From NCBI GenBank assembly GCA_963840455.1, contig CAWIYV010000004.1, positions 32,001 through 96,000 of the forward strand: a stretch of DNA of 64,000 nucleotides, written 5' to 3'. This document shows, one piece after another, positions 1-9,302 of the stretch. The position numbers and the translations under genes were made by a program. This stretch comes from Nitrospirota bacterium. Its GTDB lineage: Bacteria > Nitrospirota > UBA9217. Position 1 is the stretch's first letter. Each line of letters opens with the position of its first letter. A model generated the notes under the pieces. It made no database searches and had not been told where the DNA came from. It was given only the letters and a program-made list of their open reading frames with translations.

Positions 1-93
1 TCGTAACGATAGATTCACCCGGGACATAATACCGGAATCGCCGCGGGAGGTGAAGCGTTTTTCTTCATCAAGCCGCCCATCCAAAACAAGGTT

Positions 94-1446
94 CTATTTC
101 AGCCCGTACTTTTCCATCCGGTAGATGAGCGTGGGACGGGTAATGCGCAGGTACTCTGCGGCGCGGGTCTGATTCCCCTTGTGTTTCTCCAGCGCTTTGT
201 TGATAAGGTCCTTCTCGAGCTCCTCGAGCGACAGCCCTTCTTCGGGGAGATTGAGCAGGACCTCGGAGGCCCCCGCCGCTTTCCGGCTGAGCTTTTCCGG
301 AAGGTCCTCGCGCGTGATCGTGTCGCTCCGTTTGAGGATCGAGGCCCGCTCCATGACATTTTCCAGTTCGCGCACGTTCCCCGGCCATCCGTAGGCAGTA
401 AGGAGGGCAAGGGCGTCGGGCGCGAGCCGTACGGTCGGGCCGGGACTGAACTTCCTCAGGAAGTGCTCTGCCAGAACAGGGATGTCGTCCTTCCGGTCCC
501 GGAGGGGCGGCATCTGCAGGATCACGACGCTCAGACGATAGTACAGGTCTTCCCGGAAGTGCCCTTCCCGTACCTCCCGTTCCAGGTCCTTGTTCGTTGC
601 AGCGATCACCCGGACATCCAGGTCGATCTGCTTGACACCGCCCACGCGGTCGACCGTCCTTTCCTGGAGCGCGCGGAGGATCTTGGCCTGGAGGTCGACG
701 CGCAGGTCGCCGATCTCATCCAGGAAGAGCGTACCGCCGTCTGCCAGTTCGAACTTCCCCTCCCGGTCGCGCACCGCGCCGGTAAACGCCCCTTTCACGT
801 GTCCGAAGAGCTCGCTCTCGATGAGGTTCTCGGGGATGGCCGCGCAGTTCACGGCGACGAACGGCCCCGCCGAGCGTCCGCTGCTGTAGTGGATCCCCCG
901 GGCGAGGAGCTCCTTGCCGGTGCCGCTCTCGCCCGTCACAAGGACCGTGGCATCGCTCGGCGCAACGCGTCCAGCGAGGGCGATGACCTCCCGAATCTTC
1001 TCGCTGTTGCCGACGATGGCATCGAACCGGTACCGGTCAATGACCTCGGCGAGGAGCCGGACATTCTCCTTTTCCAGGCGACGCATCTTGAGCGCCCGCT
1101 CCAGGGTGATGCGGAGCTCGTCGCGATTGAACGGCTTGGTAATATAGTCGAAAGCCCCCTGCTTCATGGCCGACACGGCGCTTTCGATGGTCCCGTAGGC
1201 GGTGATGATGATGACCGGAACGTTCAGGTCCGCCTGGCGTACCTTCACCAGCACCTCCAGGCCGCTCATACCGGGCATGGTGATGTCCGTGATCACTGCG
1301 TCGCAAGGCCCTTTCTGGAAGAGCGCGAGCCCCTCTTCCCCGCTCGCTGCCGGAATCACCGAGTAGCCGCTCTCGGCCAGGCTGTACTCGATCACCCGTC
1401 TGAGGCTGGGATCGTCATCAATGAGAAGGATAGAGGGTTTTTTCAT
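94..1446 (-). CDS. Sigma54-dependent NtrC-family response regulator (REC-AAA+-Fis HTH)
   Basis: REC domain (LLIDDD...DITMP), GESGTGKE Walker A, GAFTGA motif, C-terminal GNQTRAAEYLRITRPTL HTH. Confidence 0.95.
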   Translation of the reverse strand: MKKPSILLIDDDPSLRRVIEYSLAESGYSVIPAASGEEGLALFQKGPCDAVITDITMPGMSGLEVLVKVRQADLNVPVIIITAYGTIESAVSAMKQGAFDYITKPFNRDELRITLERALKMRRLEKENVRLLAEVIDRYRFDAIVGNSEKIREVIALAGRVAPSDATVLVTGESGTGKELLARGIHYSSGRSAGPFVAVNCAAIPENLIESELFGHVKGAFTGAVRDREGKFELADGGTLFLDEIGDLRVDLQAKILRALQERTVDRVGGVKQIDLDVRVIAATNKDLEREVREGHFREDLYYRLSVVILQMPPLRDRKDDIPVLAEHFLRKFSPGPTVRLAPDALALLTAYGWPGNVRELENVMERASILKRSDTITREDLPEKLSRKAAGASEVLLNLPEEGLSLEELEKDLINKALEKHKGNQTRAAEYLRITRPTLIYRMEKYGLK

Positions 1447-1756
1447 AACCTATGCTCCGCCAGGCACGGATAGGACAACCGATGCGCAGGAAACATCAAC
1501 TGACTGTTGCCGCAGATCGAGACGAATGTACGCGTATTTGACCGTACCGTCCGGTCCGGCCTGAGCACGGGCGATGAAGAACGAGATGAACTTGGCATCC
1601 TAGGCCGGATATGCCGGAACGAATAATCTGAGACAGGCTTATACCCACCGGCCATAGGCAAGATTCAGTCAATCCAGTTATCCTGTCACAAGGTTTGATA
1701 TTTCTTTCTGCCCAATGTGCTCCGTGCGTACTCTGCTTCCTCAGCGGTAAAATCTC

Positions 1757-2863
1757 TCAAGATTCCGGGATCCTGACCGTGAACGTCGTCCCCTTCCCTG
1801 GAACGCTTTTGACGTCGATGGTGCCGTGGTGGTTCTGGATTATGCGGAACGTTATGGCCAAGCCCAGCCCGGTGCCATCCTGTTTCGTGGTGAAGAAGGG
1901 GCTGAAGAGCTTCTTCCGGTTCTCCGGGGAGATTCCCGCTCCCGTATCCGTGATATTCACTTCGATGCCGCTGTCGTTCCGAGCACTGGCCACGGTCATC
2001 GTGCCGCCGCCCGGCATGGCCTGGATGGCGTTCAGGACAAGGTTCAGGAAGGCCTGTTTCAGCAGCCCGGCATCAAGGTCCCGCTTCCCGATGCTTCGGT
2101 CAAGATGCTTTTCTACGGCGACGCGCGCCGCCCGGGCGGGCTGCGCCGTCAGGTTGAGGACAGACTCGATGACCTCATTGACGTCCTCCTGCTTCAGCTC
2201 GGGAGGCTTGGGCCGCGCGAAGCTGAGGAACTCCTGGACGATCTGGTTCAAGCGGTCCGTTTCCTTCAGGAGGATCTGGATGAACTCTTGCTTGGGGGCG
2301 TCGGGCCCGTAATCGTCCCTCAGGATCTCGGCCACGCCCTTGATGGAACCCAGCGGGTTCCTGATCTCGTGCGCCATGCCTGCGGACAGTTCTCCCAGCG
2401 CGGAAAGCCGGTCCGCGCGCCTGAGCTGTTCCTCGGTCTCGAACAGAATCTCAGTCCGCTCCTTCAGTTTCCGGTGGGACTCGTCGAGCCTGACCAGAGC
2501 CTGCTCATAACGCTCCCGCTGGTTCCGTTCCATCTGGCTCAGGATGCCCGTGGTTCCGCCGATCAGGATGAAGAGAAAGATCTCGACATAGTTGTAGATA
2601 TCGACGAACGGCTCTTCCCTGTGCCAGTGGATGAAGAGGTGCCGGGAAAAGAGCGCGGAGGAGGCAATGGAAACGAGCACGCCTCCCGCGAACCCGTACC
2701 AGTACGCGGCAATGATGATGGGAGCAATATAGAGATGCCCAAGCAAACTGTGCAGCCATCCAGGCGCCACCCCCTCCAGGCGGTAATGGATGAAAGCGAT
2801 AAGCCCCAGCAGGCCGGCCAGGATGACCAGCCTGATGACGTTCTTTCTTTGTGATACCTTCAT
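1757..2863 (-). CDS. Membrane sensor histidine kinase, cognate to the downstream NtrC regulator
   Basis: His-rich N-terminal TM helices, H-box AHEIRNPL, N-box NLVLNAIQA, DTGAG and GTGLGL G-boxes. Confidence 0.93.
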   Translation of the reverse strand: MKVSQRKNVIRLVILAGLLGLIAFIHYRLEGVAPGWLHSLLGHLYIAPIIIAAYWYGFAGGVLVSIASSALFSRHLFIHWHREEPFVDIYNYVEIFLFILIGGTTGILSQMERNQRERYEQALVRLDESHRKLKERTEILFETEEQLRRADRLSALGELSAGMAHEIRNPLGSIKGVAEILRDDYGPDAPKQEFIQILLKETDRLNQIVQEFLSFARPKPPELKQEDVNEVIESVLNLTAQPARAARVAVEKHLDRSIGKRDLDAGLLKQAFLNLVLNAIQAMPGGGTMTVASARNDSGIEVNITDTGAGISPENRKKLFSPFFTTKQDGTGLGLAITFRIIQNHHGTIDVKSVPGKGTTFTVRIPES

Positions 2864-3093
2864 GAGGGTAACGGGAATTTTTTTACAGATTAAACCAAAT
2901 CTCCACAGCCGGGTCTATTATTACACAAGAAGCGGGCCAAGAAAAGGATAAAAGAAAATTAACCTTCACAGCTGGGGATAGGTGGTGGTCCCATCGTCCG
3001 AATGAATCGGTATGACAAGGACCGGGACCTAAAACCGTAACTTTAGACTTGAAGATCGGAAGGCCCTCTTTCCGAACCTTCATGGATATTGGC

Positions 3094-3122
3094 TTGACAA
3101 GCACGGACGATTTTGTTATTGT
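3094..3122 (+). promoter_or_regulatory. Sigma70-type promoter of the small Lys-rich protein gene
   Basis: TTGACA-17bp-TATTGT, followed by the SD AAGGAGG before ATG 3158. Confidence 0.65.
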
Positions 3123-3157
3123 ACTAAATCTTAATGACCGAAAGGAGGTGAAACCAC

Positions 3158-3394
3158 ATGAAGAAGATGATTGCTCTGTTCACGGCAGTTATGTTCGCAC
3201 TGACCCTCGGCGTTGCATTCGCCCAGGAGAAGGCGGCGACGCCGGCCCCGGCCCCGACCGAGAAGAAGGCGGAGGAGCCGAAGAAGAAGAAGTCGCACAA
3301 GGAGAAGAAGGCTGAGAAGAAGGCCAAGAAGGACAAGAAGAAGGCCGAAGAGAAGAAGGCCGAAGCTCCGGCTGCAGCCCCGGCTGCGAAGTAA
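3158..3394 (+). CDS. Small secreted Lys/Ala/Glu/Pro-rich protein (acid-shock Asr-like composition)
   Basis: Strong SD, signal peptide ending AFA, low-complexity basic mature part, own terminator. Confidence 0.85.
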   Translation: MKKMIALFTAVMFALTLGVAFAQEKAATPAPAPTEKKAEEPKKKKSHKEKKAEKKAKKDKKKAEEKKAEAPAAAPAAK

Positions 3395-3451
3395 TCTCAT
3401 ACCGCTGATTTATTATCCCGAGCGGAACTATGAATTCGTAGATGTACTTAG

Positions 3452-3481
3452 GCAGGCGGTTCTTACCGCCTGCTTTTTTTT
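3452..3481 (+). terminator. Rho-independent terminator
   Basis: GCAGGCGGT-TCTT-ACCGCCTGC followed by a T run. Confidence 0.85.
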
Positions 3482-3495
3482 GCCCCGTTCTTTCC

Positions 3496-4161
3496 TTAAT
3501 CCCACCACAACACCACGCGTTTTGTCGCACTGATATCCTTGACCAGCTCGGCAAGGCTCCCCGTCCCCTCATCCACCGTATTAGGACTGAACTCGTAAAC
3601 ATCTTCGGCGAAGGCCTTGAGGTCCTGGGGCATGGTCCTGAACTCGATCTCCACCCAGTCATTCTCAGCGCCGACGATCTCGAACCGGATCCGCTTCTCC
3701 CACTGCTTCAATTTGGCGATCACATCCTCATGGCTCACGTCATCGTCGTCGCCATTGGTGTGCATGATCCGAAGGATCTCGTACTGGTCAGTTCCCTTGA
3801 TGATTCCGATCCTGTCGACCTTGAGGGAATTATTGATCTCGATCTGGAAGGCCATATAATTCCGCCGCTTCAGCTTTTCCCGGAGACACCACAGGACCTG
3901 GTCCGACCTGCTCCAGGGTACCGAGATCGCAATTCCGTCCGCCATGATCTGATACCCGTCCCCATCATACCCGCTCAGCCGGTGGAGCGGGCTCCTGGCT
4001 TCCTCCTTCACGAGCAGGAGGACATCGGCTTCAAACCCGATCTGAGATGCGAGATTCAGCTCCGAATGCGACAGACCATTTTGCGGGCCTGCTGCAGCCA
4101 TGAGCAGCATGACTCCCGGGAAAAGAACCGCATAGAAGGCCCTTGTGAAAACGCGCTTCAT
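3496..4161 (-). CDS. DUF4253 domain exported protein
   Basis: Signal-like N-terminus; C-terminal 'FAEDVYEFSPNTVDEGTGSL...VVLWWD' typical of DUF4253. Confidence 0.75.
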   Translation of the reverse strand: MKRVFTRAFYAVLFPGVMLLMAAAGPQNGLSHSELNLASQIGFEADVLLLVKEEARSPLHRLSGYDGDGYQIMADGIAISVPWSRSDQVLWCLREKLKRRNYMAFQIEINNSLKVDRIGIIKGTDQYEILRIMHTNGDDDDVSHEDVIAKLKQWEKRIRFEIVGAENDWVEIEFRTMPQDLKAFAEDVYEFSPNTVDEGTGSLAELVKDISATKRVVLWWD

Positions 4162-4302
4162 GTCGTTCGCCCCCCTCCTGGTGCATCAGCCGATACGACG
4201 CGGAAAAGACAGTGAATAGTAGCATATCCCTCGGGGAAAGACAACAGATGCCAGGATGACCCGCGTTCCGTATAATGGCAGAACATCCTGTCCGGCAAAT
4301 AG

Positions 4303-4330
4303 AAAAGGGACGTCATGGATCGACGTCCCC
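4303..4330 (-). terminator. Rho-independent terminator downstream of the RRM/rpsU-like unit
   Basis: GGGACGTC-7nt-GACGTCCC hairpin followed by TTTT on the minus strand. Confidence 0.6.
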
Positions 4331-4359
4331 CCTCTTACTACGATAAGTTAGTTGCTGGT

Positions 4360-4542
4360 CTAAAATCCTAAGATCGGATTCCGGAACGGGACCCGCAAGC
4401 CCTGTTTGCTCATATGCAGGGTCTTCTGTCTCCGTTTCTGGGCCTCAATTCGTTTCCGCTTCTTCTTGATGGAAGGCTTTTCGTAGAACATCCGATTCTT
4501 CAACTCCCGGAAGATCCCATCTCGCTGGATCTTTCGTTTCAG
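4360..4542 (-). pseudogene. rpsU: 30S ribosomal protein bS21-like reading frame lacking a normal N-terminus (not in ORF track)
   Basis: Translates LKRKIQRDGIFRELKNRMFYEKPSIKKKRKRIEAQKRRQK... with the bS21 signature FYEKPS; 'DIKKALPV' lies just upstream in another frame. Confidence 0.75.
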
Positions 4543-4560
4543 AAAACAGGGAGCGCCTTT

Positions 4561-4908
4561 TTAATATCTGTTATTTTTCCTTCCGCCGCCGAAGCCACCG
4601 CCGCCGGAACGACCACGCCCACCGCCTCCGCCACCGCCAAATCCGGACCGCGGCCGCTCCTTCTGCGGTCTGGCCTCACTGACCGTGATCGTCCTGTCCA
4701 GGAGCGATGTGCCGTTAAGAGAAGCAATGGCCTTGTCACCGTCCTCATCATTGGCCATCTCGACGAAACCGAAGCCCTTTGACCGGCCGGTCTCACTGTC
4801 CGTGATGATCTTTGCCGAAAGCACTTCGCCGATCTTGCCGAACGTCTCCCTCATGTCATCTTCGGTCATGTTGTACGACAGGTTCCCTACATAAAGCTTC
4901 TTGGCCAT
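4561..4908 (-). CDS. RRM (RNP-1) RNA-binding protein with Gly-rich tail
   Basis: RNP2 LYVGNL, RNP1 KGFGFVEM, GGGGRG tail; SD GGAGG before ATG 4908. Confidence 0.95.
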   Translation of the reverse strand: MAKKLYVGNLSYNMTEDDMRETFGKIGEVLSAKIITDSETGRSKGFGFVEMANDEDGDKAIASLNGTSLLDRTITVSEARPQKERPRSGFGGGGGGGRGRSGGGGFGGGRKNNRY

Positions 4909-4939
4909 GTGCCCCTCCGTAGAATGTGGGTTTTTGGTG

Positions 4940-4977
4940 AAAAAAAAAGACCGCAAACTTAATAGTTTTTGCAGTCT
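4940..4977 (-). terminator. Terminator-like hairpin in the 5' UTR of the RRM gene (putative attenuator)
   Basis: AGACTGCAAA-loop-TTTGCGGTCT plus T run, between promoter and start codon. Confidence 0.6.
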
Positions 4978-5012
4978 CCCTCTCAACAAAAACTCATGCT
5001 TATTTACAATGA

Positions 5013-5041
5013 ATAATAGCCCCGACATGGCTAAATGTCAA
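5013..5041 (-). promoter_or_regulatory. Sigma70 promoter of the RRM gene
   Basis: TTGACA-17bp-TATTAT on the minus strand. Confidence 0.7.
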
Positions 5042-5245
5042 CTTCTTTCACGCCTTTATAATGAAACCGGAGCCTTCCACCGTGAGGAACTGTTAGGGCA
5101 CGGTATATTTTGCTTGATTAATGAGACGCATAACGTGTATTATATATCCGCATTTTAATAGTGTGACTCCAGAAAGCAACGTTTGCACAGCTCTTGTGCA
5201 CTTTTTCGCCTACCAAGCGTTCCTTCTGCAACTAAAGAGGTCATT

Positions 5246-6364
5246 TTGAGCAAATCTGTTTTATCTTTACCGCAACTTACCGTAAAGGGAATTACCCTCA
5301 AACTGCCGGTGGTCCAGGGCGGCATGGGCGTCGGTGTATCCCTCTATCCTCTGGCCCGTGCCGTGGCGGTTGTCGGCGGGCTTGGCATCGTTTCGAGCGC
5401 CTGCCTCGACCGCGTTGTCACCAAGCGGGACAATGAGAAGATGGACGCATACCAGGCCGCTTACCATGAGGTCATGCTTGCCAAGGCACATGGCGGTTTT
5501 GCCGGCATCAACATCATGTGCGCGCTGGCAAAGGACTATGAGGCATCGGTCCGCGGGGCGCTGGACGCAAAGGCGGACGCGATCATTTCCGGCGCAGGCC
5601 TGCCGATGGGCCTCCCCGGTATCCAGCCGCCGAAGAACACGGCCCTGATCCCCATCGTCTCGTCGCCCCGGGCGCTCGACCTCATCTGCAAAAAATGGGA
5701 AAAGTTCAGCTACCGGCCTGATGCGGTCGTCCTCGAAGGCCCGCTTGCCGGCGGACATCTCGGCTTCAGGATGGACCAGGTGGACCTTGATGCGAATAAG
5801 TTGGAGAACCTCCTGCCGCCCGTCCTGGACATGGCCAAGAAGTACGGCGACATCCCGGTCATTGTTGCCGGCGGCATCTACACGAACGCCGACATCCGCC
5901 AGTTCCTCGACATGGGCGCGAAGGGCGTCCAGATGGGAACACGCTTCCTCGCAACGGAAGAAAGCAGCGCTTCCGAAGAGTACAAGAAGGCCGTCGTGGC
6001 GTCGAAGGATGAGGACATTATCGTCGCGACCGATCCGGGTTCGCCCTGCGGCCTCCCCTTCCGCGTCATAAAGCAGTCGCCAATGTATGTCTCCGCGCTT
6101 TCGCATCTCAGGAAACCCAAGTGCGACAAGGGCTACGTGCTCCTGAAGGACGCCGACGGGAAGTACACCAAATGCCCGGCCAAGGAGAGCAACGAGCACC
6201 ACTTTTGCATCTGCAATGGCCTGTTAAGCTCGGCAGGCTATAATCGCGACAAGGAAGAGCCGCTCTTCACGGTCGGCACGAATGCGTCGCGGGTCGACCG
6301 GATTGTGACGGTCCGGGCGCTCATGGAAGAGCTTTCCGGCAAGGTCCTCGCCCCGACGACATAG
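5246..6364 (+). CDS. Nitronate monooxygenase / FabK-like FMN oxidoreductase
   Basis: QGGMGVG, EGPLAGGHLG, AGGI, GVQMGTRF motifs; TTG start after GAGG SD. Confidence 0.88.
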   Translation: MSKSVLSLPQLTVKGITLKLPVVQGGMGVGVSLYPLARAVAVVGGLGIVSSACLDRVVTKRDNEKMDAYQAAYHEVMLAKAHGGFAGINIMCALAKDYEASVRGALDAKADAIISGAGLPMGLPGIQPPKNTALIPIVSSPRALDLICKKWEKFSYRPDAVVLEGPLAGGHLGFRMDQVDLDANKLENLLPPVLDMAKKYGDIPVIVAGGIYTNADIRQFLDMGAKGVQMGTRFLATEESSASEEYKKAVVASKDEDIIVATDPGSPCGLPFRVIKQSPMYVSALSHLRKPKCDKGYVLLKDADGKYTKCPAKESNEHHFCICNGLLSSAGYNRDKEEPLFTVGTNASRVDRIVTVRALMEELSGKVLAPTT

Positions 6365-6397
6365 ACCGGCCGGGGAACAATCCGATGCACCGCTCCT

Positions 6398-6435
6398 GCG
6401 GGGCCTGTAGACCAGGGTCCCGCTATATTTTTTTT
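6398..6435 (+). terminator. Probable Rho-independent terminator
   Basis: Imperfect GCGGGGCCTG/CAGGGTCCCGC hairpin followed by a T-rich run. Confidence 0.5.
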
Positions 6436-6488
6436 ATCTGGCGGCCGCATCTCATCGCATCGTACCCGGAACAGTACACAAACATCCT

Positions 6489-7016
6489 ATGAGCAGATAC
6501 CGCATTCCGCAAAAGCCTGGATCAAAATACATCACCCCTGAAGGGAAGAAGCGGCTGACCGACGAGTTCTCCTATCTCTGGAAGGAGAAGCGGCCGGAAG
6601 TGACTGCAGCGCTTGCCGCGGCCGCGGCCGAGGGCGACCGCTCGGAAAATGCGGAGTATATCTACCGGAAGAAACAGCTCCGGGAGATCGACAGCCGCAT
6701 CCACTTCCTGAAGGGACGTCTGGAGGACGTGGTGGTGGTGGACACCGTCCCCAGCGACCAGTCCCGGGTATTCTTCGGCGCCTGGGTCAGGCTCGAGGGC
6801 GAGGACGGGAGCCGCGCTGAGTACCGCATCGTGGGACCCGACGAGTCCGATTCTGACAAGGGATACATCAGCATGGACGCCCCCATGGCGCGGGCGCTCA
6901 TGAAAAAGACCGAAGGCGATGAGGTTGCCGTGAAGCGGCCGAAGGGTGAAGCCGTGTTCACCATCACCAGGGTTTCGTATCGCCCTTTTACTCCTGAATC
7001 CAGGAGCGAGCGCTAA
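6489..7016 (+). CDS. greB: Transcription elongation factor GreB
   Basis: YITPEG, AAAEGDRSENAEYIYRKKQLREIDSRI, VFFGAWV, YRIVGPDE. Confidence 0.93.
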   Translation: MSRYRIPQKPGSKYITPEGKKRLTDEFSYLWKEKRPEVTAALAAAAAEGDRSENAEYIYRKKQLREIDSRIHFLKGRLEDVVVVDTVPSDQSRVFFGAWVRLEGEDGSRAEYRIVGPDESDSDKGYISMDAPMARALMKKTEGDEVAVKRPKGEAVFTITRVSYRPFTPESRSER

Positions 7017-7108
7017 CCCCGCAGTTGCTGAAGGTTAGCGAGCGATTAGACTAAAGAGTACTACCTTGAGGATCGAATTTCCCTGCAGATTGCTGCAGGG
7101 AGTTTTAA
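6995..7108 (-). repeat. Double-hairpin dispersed repeat (MITE/REPIN-like), copy 1; supplies the greB stop codon
   Basis: Reverse complement matches 22436-22548 and 26589-26749 (CCCTGCAG..CTGCAGGG ... CTAATCGCTCGCT ... GCGCTCGCTCCTGGATT). Confidence 0.85.
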
Positions 7109-7160
7109 TAGCATTCCTCCGCCGCTCGATTGACAAAACGCCGGCAGTTGGACTATCATA

Positions 7161-7364
7161 ATGCCCATGATCGAAACCTTGTTTTTTTTCTTCGGCCTGG
7201 GCTTCAGTGTTCTAGTCTATATCCGCTCCATCGTTCCGGGTGATCATCCGCCCCTCCGGAAGGTGATCTACACGATCCTGTCAACGATCGGCATCACCGG
7301 TATGGTGTGGCTCTGTGGGGTCCTCATCGCCCATTTCCTCCGGAAACTGGGCATGCTGCGTTGA
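7161..7364 (+). CDS. Small two-TM membrane protein
   Basis: Two hydrophobic segments; TTGACA-18-TATCAT promoter immediately upstream; start may be ATG 7167. Confidence 0.6.
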   Translation: MPMIETLFFFFGLGFSVLVYIRSIVPGDHPPLRKVIYTILSTIGITGMVWLCGVLIAHFLRKLGMLR

Positions 7365-7393
7365 ACCATGGTTCTCCCGGCGTTGGGAGAACG

Positions 7394-7424
7394 AAAAAGG
7401 CACGCTCCCTTGAGCGTGCCTTTT
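7394..7424. terminator. Bidirectional terminator
   Basis: AAAAAGGCACGCTC-CCTT-GAGCGTGCCTTTT between convergent genes. Confidence 0.8.
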
Positions 7425-7456
7425 ATGCTTTCCGCGTGTCTCTCTTATTTCCTCGG

Positions 7457-8083
7457 TCACCTACCCAGTAATTTCACCTTCATCTCCAGCGGATGTTTCT
7501 GCGGGCCGCTCCCGACTTTCGCAGGATGGCCTACCGGTACCACGGCCATGAACTCTCCCTCGGGCTCGCCGAGGAACCGGAGCACCTCGTCCTTGATGAG
7601 ATAGAGTATCCCGAGCCAGACCGTTCCGAGGCCGAGTGACGTGGCAGCGAGCAGGATGTTCTGCACCGCCGCAGCCGAGCTCTGTATCTCCATGGTCCGG
7701 AAGAAGTCATGGGCCATCTCTTTCTCCACCTTGAACAGGTCGGTGCCGTGCCGGATCAGGTCGCCCGTGTTCGCCACGGCGATCACGACCGGCGCCGAGA
7801 GGATGCTCTTGGCGCCCATCCGGAGCAGCGCCGCTGCCGGCCGGGGAAGGGAAGCCGATTGTACTGTCACGAGCTGGGCCAGCTCGTTCCTCTTCTCGCC
7901 CCGAAGTACGATGAAGCGCCATGCCTGCTGGTTATGTGCGGACGGTGCCTGGTTCGCAGCGTGAAGAAGGACCCTCACCTGCTCTTCGGACACGTCGTCC
8001 TTTGTAAAGGTCCTGACGCTGCGGCGGGCCTTGATCGTCTTTAGGGCGTCATTGAGAGAAAGACCCGCATCATCGGGCAACAT
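7457..8083 (-). CDS. Nitroreductase family protein
   Basis: RRSVRTF, APSAHNQQAWRF, AAVQNILLAATSLGLGTVW. Confidence 0.92.
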   Translation of the reverse strand: MLPDDAGLSLNDALKTIKARRSVRTFTKDDVSEEQVRVLLHAANQAPSAHNQQAWRFIVLRGEKRNELAQLVTVQSASLPRPAAALLRMGAKSILSAPVVIAVANTGDLIRHGTDLFKVEKEMAHDFFRTMEIQSSAAAVQNILLAATSLGLGTVWLGILYLIKDEVLRFLGEPEGEFMAVVPVGHPAKVGSGPQKHPLEMKVKLLGR

Positions 8084-8125
8084 GGAGGACCTCCCTGGAG
8101 AAAAATGTCGTTGATCCTTCCGGGA

Positions 8126-8746
8126 TCATGGCACGAGCTTCTCGTGAATGAGCCTGTTCATGACGGCGTTCACGAACGGCCTCACCTGGTGCATGAGAGC
8201 GCCTTGGTACTTCGTCTCGGATATTGCCGACCAGACGGGCTTGCCGGTCCCGACGCTGTAGAGCGTCGTTTGCATGACCGCCACATAATAATCATAGGCA
8301 AACTCGCTCAAACCGCTGTCGGTCCATTCCGTGGTGGCGATGGTCTGGTCCCACTCCGCATCGAAGTTATGAGGAACAGCGTAGAGGCGGGTAGGGCTGT
8401 GAGTCTCTGCAGATACTTTCTTGATGAACTTCGCCGCAATGATCGAATCTGCTCCGGCCTCCCTGACCTTGGCTGCAACGATATCCCTGGCCGGCTGCGG
8501 TTCATCGGGCAGGACCGACGTGCTTGCTACGGCGTCGATCCCGCGGGCCTTCAGCTGCCGCACGAACTCATCCTCGAGCATGCTCCGTGGGCCCCGGTTC
8601 CTCACGACCCCGATGACAAAGACCTTTTTCAGGCCGCCCGGGAAGGCCGGGTCTCTCCAGGGGTCGATGATCTTCGTGCCCGCGCAGGCGGGCAGAAGTG
8701 CAAGAACGAGGAGCATCAGGATCCAGAACGATCGTCTGTTCTCCAT
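8126..8746 (-). CDS. Hypothetical lipoprotein
   Basis: Lipobox-like LLPAC after a hydrophobic stretch; SD GGAGG before ATG 8746. Confidence 0.75.
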   Translation of the reverse strand: MENRRSFWILMLLVLALLPACAGTKIIDPWRDPAFPGGLKKVFVIGVVRNRGPRSMLEDEFVRQLKARGIDAVASTSVLPDEPQPARDIVAAKVREAGADSIIAAKFIKKVSAETHSPTRLYAVPHNFDAEWDQTIATTEWTDSGLSEFAYDYYVAVMQTTLYSVGTGKPVWSAISETKYQGALMHQVRPFVNAVMNRLIHEKLVP

Positions 8747-8906
8747 GGTTATCCTCCCTGGTCTACGACGCACACCTTCGCAACAGGACCACAGCAGAAA
8801 TGTGCTGGAGACGCCGATGATACGGCAACGGACCTCTTGCGTTGTTGGCCTCCTGAATGAAATAAGCGCGCTTAAGCGAGCATGCCCAGCCCGCTCCCGA
8901 TCGTCG

Positions 8907-9302
8907 CTATGCGTCATCCCGTCCCATCTCCCGCAAGGCATCCTTTGCGATCTCCCGCACGGCGGGGTTCGCGTCGTTCTGCAGTTCTCGCAAGGCATCC
9001 CGCGCAGACCGATGGCCGATGATCCCGAGCACGTTCGCCGTGTCCCCGCGGATGGTCGGGTTCTCATGCCCGAGGAGCACGAGGAGGCCAGGCACCGCGC
9101 CGGCCAGGGCCTGACGGTGCTCCTTCGCCAGTTCCTCGACGAGCGCCGTCGCGCCCAGCCTCACCATGATGGCGTCGTCACCCAGCAGATCGGGGATGAA
9201 CCGTACCACCGACGGGTCCTGCTTCATCATGGCGATGATGTTCTCGAGGAACCCCTTGCCCATGTACTCGATGAGCATTGCCCGCATTTCGTCGTCTTTC
9301 AT
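8907..9302 (-). CDS. HEAT-repeat protein
   Basis: HEAT-like repeats (LLGHENPTIRGDTANVLGIIG; DANPAVREIAKDAL). Confidence 0.8.
   Translation of the reverse strand: MKDDEMRAMLIEYMGKGFLENIIAMMKQDPSVVRFIPDLLGDDAIMVRLGATALVEELAKEHRQALAGAVPGLLVLLGHENPTIRGDTANVLGIIGHRSARDALRELQNDANPAVREIAKDALREMGRDDA

Noticed and set aside
181-1473. Long antisense ORFs (also 28145-29926, 29957-31354, 58849-60669, 61995-63545 and others)
   Set aside because: Shadows of well-supported genes on the opposite strand, expected in GC-rich DNA; no recognisable motifs
1450-1700. Gap between kinase and regulator reading DAKFISFFIARAQAGPDGTVKYAY on the minus strand
   Set aside because: May be a gene remnant, but the similarity is too weak to assign without a search
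3089-3104. TTGGC...GC as a sigma54 promoter for the small Lys-rich gene
   Set aside because: GG-to-GC spacing is not 10 nt; a sigma70 match fits better
5095-5113. GGCACG...TTTGC upstream of the nitronate monooxygenase gene
   Set aside because: Spacing is 3 nt too long for a -24/-12 promoter
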